The notes under the pieces were generated by a model that worked only from the letters and a program-made list of their open reading frames with translations, did no database searches and was not told where the DNA came from. Of a stretch of 21,737 nucleotides of DNA, positions 8,739 through 16,606 are shown piece by piece (position 1 is the first letter of the stretch; each line of letters begins with the position of its first letter). The translations under genes were made by a program, and so were the position numbers. Origin of the DNA: a virus. The stretch covers positions 1 to 21,737 of IMG/VR virus record IMGVR_UViG_3300023192_002962; one strand, written 5' to 3'.

Positions 8739-8909
8739 ATGGCTGTAATAGTTATAAGGAAAAAAAAGGAATCCTTTGAATCTTTAATGAGGAGATTCAA
8801 AAAAGCTTATATAATAGAAGGTGTAGATTTAGAAATATATGAAAGACAGCATTTTGTTAAACCAAGTGAACGCCGTAGAGTACGAAAGAGAAAGCCGTGG
8901 GGCAGATAG
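8739..8909 (+). CDS. rpsU: 30S ribosomal protein bS21 (phage-encoded; absent from ORF track)
   Basis: Hand translation gives MAVIVIRKKKESFESLMRRFKKAYIIEGVDLEIYERQHFVKPSERRRVRKRKPWGR* (56 aa), with the S21 hallmarks E(S)FE.(L)(L/M)RRFK, G...E...R.(H/F)(F/Y).KPS.RR; GAGG upstream. Confidence 0.93.
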   Translation: MAVIVIRKKKESFESLMRRFKKAYIIEGVDLEIYERQHFVKPSERRRVRKRKPWGR

Positions 8910-9661
8910 TTGTATCTAAAAATCAGTTACTTATTAATAAAAGCGGTAAAGTTCTCAAAGCGGGTGAATTAGATAACGACCATCCTCTTTTTTATTTAAC
9001 TACTACTGGATTTAAATCTACGAATAACTTTAAAATATCAAATGTTAAGTGTTCTTCTCTTTTTAAATACTCTACATCACACGGAAGAACCCTAAGCGTA
9101 GCTGAAGATACAAAAGTAATCAGGTCACTAGGTAAGCACTTTATAGATTTAAGCTCGGCATTTGTAGATAATTACAGAAAAATACATTACTGGTTACGAA
9201 CATTAGTGTGTACAAAGCTACCCGTGTTTGGACAGGTAACGCTTAATAAAAAAGATATAAGTTATTTATGTAGTTCAATTCTTTTTAAGCAACACACTAT
9301 ACCTAATCAACATAGGTACTTCACACAAACATTTCCCCATTTTTTATCAGAACTAACAGATAAATCATTGTCCAGAGTCTTCACATACTTAACTAAGTGT
9401 AATCGTATTAAGCATATGGATGAAGATAGCAAAGATTTTCTTATTATGTTATGTTCTCGTGTAGGAATTGATATTAATGGAAAGGTTCTTGGGCATCGAT
9501 CTTCTGTAAAGAGCGGGAGTTTGATTTTGAATAACGTTACTGATAAGATAACTAGACACGAAGTAATAACGCCTATAGAGCGTATAGAATCAACTGAAGC
9601 TATTAAAATAGAAAGTGAGATTGATAATTTGTTAATAGGAAGCATTTTGTGCAAAATTTAA
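8897..9661 (+). CDS. Free-standing degenerate intein (Hint-fold) protein lacking splicing residues
   Basis: Block-A-like VVSKNQLLINKSGKVLKAGEL, block-B-like TSHGRTLSVAEDTKVI, LAGLIDADG block-H-like LIMLCSRVGI, block-F/G-like AIKIESEIDNLLIGSILCKI; no Cys1, TxxH or terminal HN; GTG start. Confidence 0.65.
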   Translation: MGQIVVSKNQLLINKSGKVLKAGELDNDHPLFYLTTTGFKSTNNFKISNVKCSSLFKYSTSHGRTLSVAEDTKVIRSLGKHFIDLSSAFVDNYRKIHYWLRTLVCTKLPVFGQVTLNKKDISYLCSSILFKQHTIPNQHRYFTQTFPHFLSELTDKSLSRVFTYLTKCNRIKHMDEDSKDFLIMLCSRVGIDINGKVLGHRSSVKSGSLILNNVTDKITRHEVITPIERIESTEAIKIESEIDNLLIGSILCKI

Positions 9662-11952
9662 AATTAACAGAAGATGAACTTATAGAAGCTAAGCTTTTAG
9701 CTGATCCTGCTTATTTTGCAGAGGCATACCTACGGTCTCCTTCAGATCCGACTAAACCTTTAATACTAAGACCTTATCAGAGAGCTATATTGAAAGACAT
9801 GAGTCTTAAACGAATTCTTAGACTTGGAAGAAGAACAGGTAAAACGGTGGTTATTGGTATAGAAGCTATTTGGAAAGCATACACTAATGCGGATAGGCAA
9901 GTTTTATTAGTAGCAGGCTTTGATTCTCAGATTCAAACTATATTTGATTTGATTGGGAGGATGGTAAAAGATTCTCCTGAGGTTTCCCTGTCCATAGAAC
10001 GAACCCGAATGAGACCTTGGGAAATTAGATTTAGTAACGGATCCATTATAATGGGATTTGTTGGTAACAATTCTGTTCGTGGTAAATGTTTTCCCGGAAA
10101 CACTAGAGTTATAATGTGGGATTTGGAGGCAAAACAGATTTCAGAGATAAAGGTTGGGGATTTTGTGAAATCAATTAAACAAGATGATGAAGGCGAACCT
10201 GAAATGTTTTATGGGAAAGTAACTGATATTCATAAGAATGGAGTTCAGGATATTTATGAACTTATTACGACTACGGATAGGAAGATTAGATGTACAGAGA
10301 ATCATAAATTAGCATTAGCCTATAAGGGATGGACACCTTTAAATGAAATAAAAACAGCTGAACTGGACGGTACCGGAGAATTTATTGGAGTCGTACATCC
10401 AACTGGAGAGCTATATTGGGCTAGAGTTAAACAAGTTAAAAGAGTAGGAAAATCAGAGACTTATGATATGACAGTTGCTCCACATCATAACTTCATAGCA
10501 TTTAATGAAGTTGATGAAAATAAATCAGGATATAAAGTTAGTGGTGTGCATTCTGGTGGATTTTTAGTTCATAATTCTGCTCACGATATGTATATTGATG
10601 AAGTAGATTCTATACCAAATGATATGTTAATTGAGGCAGTTTTACCTATTTCAACTAGTTTTACTGATACTACATTAACTGTTTCTGGAACTCCGTCAGG
10701 TAGAAGAGAGTTTTTTTATCAGGTAAGTAAAAATGCCAAATCTATGTCGTATAGTGAACACCATTATACGTCTATGCTAAGTCCGCAATGGACCTCAGAT
10801 ATGGAACGGGATATAAAAGCAGTAACAACATTATCTCAGTTTGAAAGAGAGTATTTAGCAGAATTTGGAAGCCCTGCTGAAGGTGTTTTTAAAAATAATC
10901 ATATAGATTCTAATTTGTATGTTTATAATTATTCAGATTTAAAATATAATCCTAATAATCATTATATGCTTGGAGTAGATTGGAACGAATCTGTACATGG
11001 AGTACAGGCAGTAGTTTTGGAGTACTTGATGGACCCGGAGTTAATAGTCCCATTTAACGCCGGGATGTGGGAAGTAGCTAGTGGAGGAACAATTGATCCT
11101 GTTACTAAATCAGGTGTACTACGACTATATTTTGCCGATAATATTGAGTCAGCTGAGTATACTAATTTAGGAGCAGTAGAATTTATATTAAAAATGATGA
11201 AGAAAATAAGCTTTTCTTATATGGCTTTTGATAAAGGTCATGGGGAGTCAAATTATGAACAGTTAAGACTTTCCCTAGAAAAAGGAAAAGGTCCTATGGG
11301 TACCAAGTGTACGGGACTGAAGCATATGATAGATAAAATGACAGCAGTAGATATGGGAGGTAATACTGAAATTATAGATAAAGTAACAGGCATAGCCAGC
11401 AAATCTTTAACAAAAAATGTTATGGTTAAGAATGCTCAATTATTAAACGAAACTGGAAAATATATTATACCTGCTGTGGATAAAACTGGAGCTGTAATGG
11501 AAGACGAAGAAACTAGGTTAATTGGACAAATGCGCGGTTATATAGTAGATAGAATTGGAAAAACTGGTGAGGTTTACGCATCAACAGTAAAAGGTGGGTT
11601 AGACCATAGACTTGATGCGTTTCTTTTGGCAACGCATGGGTGGATGATGAATAATTCAATATTCTTAAAAAGAGAATCTGATGTATCAGCTGAATTAGTT
11701 GAAGAAGGTTTACCATTAACTACTGCTATACCGGGATGGAGAAGAGAAATGTCTGATATAAGAGGGCCTGTTCCTGTTTATTATCAGGACGGAATGCCTG
11801 TTTTTGCACATGGTAATTATTTACGAGGAGAACCGCCAGATTTAGATCTTGAAACAAACGAAAGAATGTCAAAGGCTTCAGAAAGTAAAAGAAGTTTTAG
11901 GCATCTAAGTAGATCTAAGATAAATGATAGAAGAAAGGGACGGAGATTTTAA
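9649..11952 (+). CDS. terL: Terminase large subunit (intein-containing)
   Basis: LRPYQ adenine-binding motif, Walker A GRRTGKT, Walker B MYIDE, coupling motif SGTP, FEREYLAEF, nuclease LGVDWN, FDKG and DHRLDA; GTG start. Confidence 0.96.
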   Translation: MQNLKLTEDELIEAKLLADPAYFAEAYLRSPSDPTKPLILRPYQRAILKDMSLKRILRLGRRTGKTVVIGIEAIWKAYTNADRQVLLVAGFDSQIQTIFDLIGRMVKDSPEVSLSIERTRMRPWEIRFSNGSIIMGFVGNNSVRGKCFPGNTRVIMWDLEAKQISEIKVGDFVKSIKQDDEGEPEMFYGKVTDIHKNGVQDIYELITTTDRKIRCTENHKLALAYKGWTPLNEIKTAELDGTGEFIGVVHPTGELYWARVKQVKRVGKSETYDMTVAPHHNFIAFNEVDENKSGYKVSGVHSGGFLVHNSAHDMYIDEVDSIPNDMLIEAVLPISTSFTDTTLTVSGTPSGRREFFYQVSKNAKSMSYSEHHYTSMLSPQWTSDMERDIKAVTTLSQFEREYLAEFGSPAEGVFKNNHIDSNLYVYNYSDLKYNPNNHYMLGVDWNESVHGVQAVVLEYLMDPELIVPFNAGMWEVASGGTIDPVTKSGVLRLYFADNIESAEYTNLGAVEFILKMMKKISFSYMAFDKGHGESNYEQLRLSLEKGKGPMGTKCTGLKHMIDKMTAVDMGGNTEIIDKVTGIASKSLTKNVMVKNAQLLNETGKYIIPAVDKTGAVMEDEETRLIGQMRGYIVDRIGKTGEVYASTVKGGLDHRLDAFLLATHGWMMNNSIFLKRESDVSAELVEEGLPLTTAIPGWRREMSDIRGPVPVYYQDGMPVFAHGNYLRGEPPDLDLETNERMSKASESKRSFRHLSRSKINDRRKGRRF
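10087..10575 (+). mobile_element. Mini-intein (163 aa, no endonuclease) in TerL, just before Walker B
   Basis: RGK|CFPGNTRV (block A), RCTENHKL (block B TxxH), TYDMTVAPHHNFIA (block F), GFLVHN|S (block G with Ser+1). Splicing restores SVRGKSAHDMYIDE. Confidence 0.95.
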
Positions 11953-11953
11953 T

Positions 11954-14497
11954 ATGTCAACACTATTTGACGAAATAGCCAAAGCAGCAGAAGATAATTT
12001 AGATACGTTTTTAAAGGATTTAGATCGGTCCTATAATGTAAACTACCCTGGATTTTGTAGAAACAAAAAATATAAAATACAAGAAGAATGTGAGGCTGCA
12101 GGTAGTAAGTGGACTACTAATGTTATCCCTGATGCAGCAATGGCAGTTTTAAATATAGGTCAAAACGGAGGACTATCCAGTGCATTAAGTGCAGAATTAA
12201 AAGCATTGTCCACATGGTTTCGAAGACAAACTTCAGGAGATGATGCTCCTATACGATCCAATCCTACTTTGTATGTTAAAAAGAAGTATATTGAAATATC
12301 AGCAGATACAGTAAGAGGACTTAAAGAGGCAGAATTTATTGAAGTATCTTATGATGAATTAAACGATATGGCATTGGTTCCAAGGGATGGTCTTAAAAAG
12401 AAGAAACCTCCTTCCGGCACAGAGACTGTAGAATTTGGTGGAGGGTGTGCTGATGATCAATATGAAAATAAGAAAGATTGCGAAGATAATGGTGCTTCTT
12501 GGAATATTAACCAAGGTGACATAAAATACATAGGAGTAACTCATAAAGGTTTTATGAAACGCCCAAAAGCTTTAATCTCCTTTGAGGTAAGTAAATTGAC
12601 TTGGGGAAAAGATAAACCAATAAAATTATATTTTAGAAATAAATTAAATACCCATGAATATGAACGAATTTTAGCATTAGCTGTAACAGATAAAAATGCT
12701 GATATGAGTGATACTAAGAGTGCGGAACAATTTTTACCAGATCCAATGCATCTTGCACAATATTATTCCCCCACTGATCCAGCATCTGGAGATAACCTAC
12801 TAGTTGATATGTTTGATATAATAAGAGAGAGTACAAGAGCGGGCCAGAAAGACTATATGCTAACTTTTAAAGCAGGTTTAGTAGATTCCGCAAATGTATT
12901 TGTTGAGAAAACATTAGAAGAAGAAGCTCTTTGTTGTATTTTTATGGCTTTCTTAGACGCTAACCCTAAAACAAAAGAAGCAGTAACATGGGATACTCAT
13001 AAAGTAAAAATGTGGGTAGGGGGAGTAGAAGGAGAGTGGAAAGATGTCACCATTTCCGAGTTTCTTGAGGCCCAAAAAACGACGCTAAGAGCCACAAAAA
13101 TAATGCTAGAGTTTTTACTTAATATGATGTTGAGTACTTTTAAAGCATCGCTAGAGCCCCTTATGTTTAATTTAATTGCAATGATTACTAATATGTTATA
13201 CATGGCAATGGCTGCGAATTTAAGAGAAGCACAGTCTGCTACAACTAAAATGATAGAGCAATGGGTCCAAGAGGAAATTAAAAGACAAATGGATTTGGCT
13301 AAGAAAAAAATAGAGGAGGGAGCAGGTTCGTGTAGTAATTCCAATTATAATAAGAAGACACCATGTGAGGAGGCAGGAGAAGTATGGACTTCGTCCGAGG
13401 AAGAGTGGCAGGCTTTGATTGCGGCTCTTAGATGTTTGCCTTTAGAGCAGGTAATGATAATGTTAATACGTTCATTGATAGGACAGAATTCTATATTTAC
13501 CACTGTGTCATCGTTGTTCCAGAGGATTATGTTGTACTTTAAACAGAAGGCTCTTAAAACCAACACTAATTTATTTAGTATGGAACAAGGTGCAAAAGTT
13601 GGTTTTGGTACTCATTTAATAAAAGGGGCTATAGAGATTATAGATTGGTTATTAACTTTAAATACAGAAGGTTTAATGATTTGTAATAAATATGATATAA
13701 ATGATGTTTCTGATATGTCCGGAAAGGACCAATATGGTACAGGTTTAGATACAGGAGCATTTGCAGAAAAACTGGTTGACTGTCATTTCCCAGATGGATC
13801 TATTCAACAAATATCTTGGTACTTATGTGTTAGTAACTGTGGCTTAAGCTGTGTTCCCTGCCCTCCTTTTGGCCCTGATGGTGGTCCAGCTGTTGATACA
13901 GTTATGTGTCCCTTTGGTCAAAAGTGTGATATAGAAACAGGTACTTGTCAAATTACGTGTGGCAATATTTCCTGTGTACCTCCTAATATTTGTGTTAATG
14001 GTATGTGCCAGGATGCATCGCTTGTAATAGAGTGTCCGGGTGGTTGTCCAGAGGGACAGGTATGTGATACTACTACAGGTACATGTGTAGAAGATACTAG
14101 TGGATTAGGAGATGGAACTGGTGACGGAGACGGAGACGGAACTGGTGATGGAACAGGAGGTTCTGATTTATTTTCCTCTTTTTCTCCTTTGTTTCCTGGG
14201 TATACGCCTGAGGAGACTTTATCTGATGAGGCAAAAATGTCATTAGGCTATAGCCCTAACAAAGCTTATTCTGAAAGAATTGACATAACTGGAGAGGGTA
14301 TAGATCCTTTACGTCTTTTAGTTTTAAAGGATGAAGGGGAAATATCCAGCTTCTTTAATTCGTATTTAGGACTTAACCCTGAGGCAGCAGCTATAGCGGC
14401 TTCTAATGCAAAAAAAGGATCTTGTTTAGGTAGTTTAAATAAAAAACAAAGGGAACATGTTGCTTCTCTACTAACAGAATTAGGAATAAAAATATAA
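11954..14497 (+). CDS. Large cysteine-rich repeat protein between terL and portal
   Basis: GGAG SD favours ATG 11954 over 11924; three GxC-x4-Y-x5-CE-xx-G-xx-W modules, a Cys-rich repeat block (13781-14086) and a GDG linker. Confidence 0.8.
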   Translation: MSTLFDEIAKAAEDNLDTFLKDLDRSYNVNYPGFCRNKKYKIQEECEAAGSKWTTNVIPDAAMAVLNIGQNGGLSSALSAELKALSTWFRRQTSGDDAPIRSNPTLYVKKKYIEISADTVRGLKEAEFIEVSYDELNDMALVPRDGLKKKKPPSGTETVEFGGGCADDQYENKKDCEDNGASWNINQGDIKYIGVTHKGFMKRPKALISFEVSKLTWGKDKPIKLYFRNKLNTHEYERILALAVTDKNADMSDTKSAEQFLPDPMHLAQYYSPTDPASGDNLLVDMFDIIRESTRAGQKDYMLTFKAGLVDSANVFVEKTLEEEALCCIFMAFLDANPKTKEAVTWDTHKVKMWVGGVEGEWKDVTISEFLEAQKTTLRATKIMLEFLLNMMLSTFKASLEPLMFNLIAMITNMLYMAMAANLREAQSATTKMIEQWVQEEIKRQMDLAKKKIEEGAGSCSNSNYNKKTPCEEAGEVWTSSEEEWQALIAALRCLPLEQVMIMLIRSLIGQNSIFTTVSSLFQRIMLYFKQKALKTNTNLFSMEQGAKVGFGTHLIKGAIEIIDWLLTLNTEGLMICNKYDINDVSDMSGKDQYGTGLDTGAFAEKLVDCHFPDGSIQQISWYLCVSNCGLSCVPCPPFGPDGGPAVDTVMCPFGQKCDIETGTCQITCGNISCVPPNICVNGMCQDASLVIECPGGCPEGQVCDTTTGTCVEDTSGLGDGTGDGDGDGTGDGTGGSDLFSSFSPLFPGYTPEETLSDEAKMSLGYSPNKAYSERIDITGEGIDPLRLLVLKDEGEISSFFNSYLGLNPEAAAIAASNAKKGSCLGSLNKKQREHVASLLTELGIKI
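14108..14161 (+). repeat. Coding low-complexity repeat (GDGTGDGDGDGTGDGTGG)
   Basis: GGAGAC tandem units and two GGAACTGGTGA copies. Confidence 0.8.
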
Positions 14498-16272
14498 TGG
14501 CTTTAAGAGATTATTTCAAATTTCCATGGACTAGGAAAAAAAATAAATCCACAGAACAAAAAGTTCAAGATGTAATTGATAAAAGAAATTTGTCAATTAC
14601 ATCCCAGGTGGTTAAAAGTGACACAATTAAAAGTTCAGGGATATCTAATATTTTATTATCTTTAAAAGGCACATTGGTTCAAGTCTTTGGTGCAGGTCCT
14701 AGAGGAACTTTTGTAGCTCCTGACTGGGATTTTTCCAAAATAGAAGTTGCTTTTCAAAACGAATCTCTATTTAGGAGATCTGTCGAAAAGTATGTAGAAC
14801 AAATTAGAAAACATAGCTGGGAATTCGTAGGAAGTAATCCAAGTACGGTTGAATATATACGAAAACGATTTAAACAAATGGAGCTTGTTATAGATAAGAC
14901 TACTTCCCAGTTTTTCGATGAACTTTCTTTTAATTTAGTGCTATTTTCTAATGTTTTAATTGTCAAGAGACGAAATAGAAAAGCATCTGGAGGCTCTACA
15001 AGAGTTACATTTGATGGGATGAATAGAGTTCCAGTTGCAGCTTATGAAGTGCTGGATCCCGGTACTGTAGAAGTAGATAAAGATAAATATGGAAATGTTA
15101 TCCGATGGAAACAATCTCCTCAACCCAATCTTAAGAACAAATTTGGCTATTTACGAACTCACTATGGAGAGACCAGTATTAATAATCCACAAGAAGGAGG
15201 TCCATCTTGGCCCTCCTATAATGTAATTCATATTAAAGATATGACAGCTTCTTGTGCTAAATACTTTTTTGCTATGCCAATGTCTGTTCCAGTATTGGCG
15301 GATATGGAGGCACTTAGAGAGTTAGAGGAACTAGCTCTTATAGAGTCAATCAAAGTAGCGATTCCTAAGTTGCACGGAAAGGTGGGCAGCAAAGAGATTC
15401 CAGGAACTCAGGATCAGGTAGATGACTTAGCATCTACTATTCGGTCAGCTAGTGGAGATGGTGTAATAGTTACAAATGAGAGAGTAGTTATTGACGAGAT
15501 AGCTCAAGCAACAAGTGCCAACAATATACTTAATTCTAGTATTGAATATTTTAGAGAAAGAGTTTTAGCAGGTCTAGGAATGTCAGATGTTGCTATGGGT
15601 AAAAGTTCTACTTCTAATCGGGCAACTGCTCAAGTTGTTACTTCTGAAATGCAAATGACATCTGCTAAATATCAACGTATATTAAAATATAATATAGAGC
15701 ATCATATTATTAAGGAGTTATTATATGAAGGAGGGTACTCTGAAAGTACTCTTACTGACGAAAATATGGTGTACTTGTCTATCCCTGAAGTTTCTATCCA
15801 AGAAAAAATAACAAGAGAAGCTCACCACCTAAATCTATTTATTAATAATACGATTACTGAAGATGAGCTTAGAAAAGAACTGGGAAGAGATATTATTTCA
15901 GATGATTTTAGAGAAAATATGTATATTAATACTGTTCAAATTCCTTTAGCTAAAGCACAAGCTGATGCTTCAGCTGATGCTGCAATAAGACAGGCTAGTA
16001 ATATAGCACAACCCGCTAATCAACACGGTAAAGCTTTAGTAAAACCAAAAATTAAAAAGGATGACTATTCTTCTTTATGGAATAATATGCTAAAAGTTAA
16101 AGACGATAAGAAGAAAATTATTCATACATTGAAGAATTCAAAATTGGGTATGTATGACATAACTGTAATTGAGATACTTTTACAGCATTATTTAGCAGAT
16201 AATAGTTTAACAAATGATGAAGCTATAAGTAGTATTTTTGCTGCACTAGAGGAAACCGTAGTTAATGAATGA
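14497..16272 (+). CDS. Portal protein
   Basis: 591 aa between TerL and the protease; portal-like segments LDPGTVEVDKDKYG, NVIHIK, YFRERVLAGLG, ITEDELRKELG. Confidence 0.88.
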   Translation: MALRDYFKFPWTRKKNKSTEQKVQDVIDKRNLSITSQVVKSDTIKSSGISNILLSLKGTLVQVFGAGPRGTFVAPDWDFSKIEVAFQNESLFRRSVEKYVEQIRKHSWEFVGSNPSTVEYIRKRFKQMELVIDKTTSQFFDELSFNLVLFSNVLIVKRRNRKASGGSTRVTFDGMNRVPVAAYEVLDPGTVEVDKDKYGNVIRWKQSPQPNLKNKFGYLRTHYGETSINNPQEGGPSWPSYNVIHIKDMTASCAKYFFAMPMSVPVLADMEALRELEELALIESIKVAIPKLHGKVGSKEIPGTQDQVDDLASTIRSASGDGVIVTNERVVIDEIAQATSANNILNSSIEYFRERVLAGLGMSDVAMGKSSTSNRATAQVVTSEMQMTSAKYQRILKYNIEHHIIKELLYEGGYSESTLTDENMVYLSIPEVSIQEKITREAHHLNLFINNTITEDELRKELGRDIISDDFRENMYINTVQIPLAKAQADASADAAIRQASNIAQPANQHGKALVKPKIKKDDYSSLWNNMLKVKDDKKKIIHTLKNSKLGMYDITVIEILLQHYLADNSLTNDEAISSIFAALEETVVNE

Positions 16273-16606
16273 TTTTAATATTAGTTTTAGATGTGAATGT
16301 GGTTCTCTTCTGTGTAAGTACACAGATCAAGAAGATCCATTTGCAATGGAGATAAAATGCCAAAGACGAGGATGCCCTAATGTAAATATAAGAGCAAACT
16401 GCGTACCGGCCAAACTTGTAGAACTTAGATGCCAATATATAGACAACAAAAAATCAGAGAGATGGGGAACCCCCACTGTGTGTAACAAGCTACTGGCTAG
16501 GGTAATTCCTGGAAGCAATGCTGAGATTAAATGCCCTAGATGCAAGAGTCTATCAAAAAGTGTTGATCAGTTTCCAGAACTATTACATGAGGAGTCATAT
16601 GAATAA
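16265..16606 (+). CDS. Tandem Mu Com-like zinc-ribbon protein
   Basis: Two units, RCECGSLLCK..MEIKCQRRGC and RC(x16)CNKLLAR..AEIKCPRCK, resemble the Mu Com pattern RCxxCNKLL..IEIxCPRCK. Confidence 0.75.
   Translation: MNDFNISFRCECGSLLCKYTDQEDPFAMEIKCQRRGCPNVNIRANCVPAKLVELRCQYIDNKKSERWGTPTVCNKLLARVIPGSNAEIKCPRCKSLSKSVDQFPELLHEESYE

Noticed and set aside
9649-9664. Slippery-looking AAATTTAAAA at the dead-intein/terL junction (possible frameshift fusion)
   Set aside because: The X XXY YYZ heptamers fall in the TerL frame rather than the upstream frame, and a -1 shift from TerL hits a stop within a few codons.
16518-16598. Longer N-terminus for the prohead protease
   Set aside because: It would overlap the Com-like gene extensively, whereas ATG 16599 has a strong GAGGAG SD.
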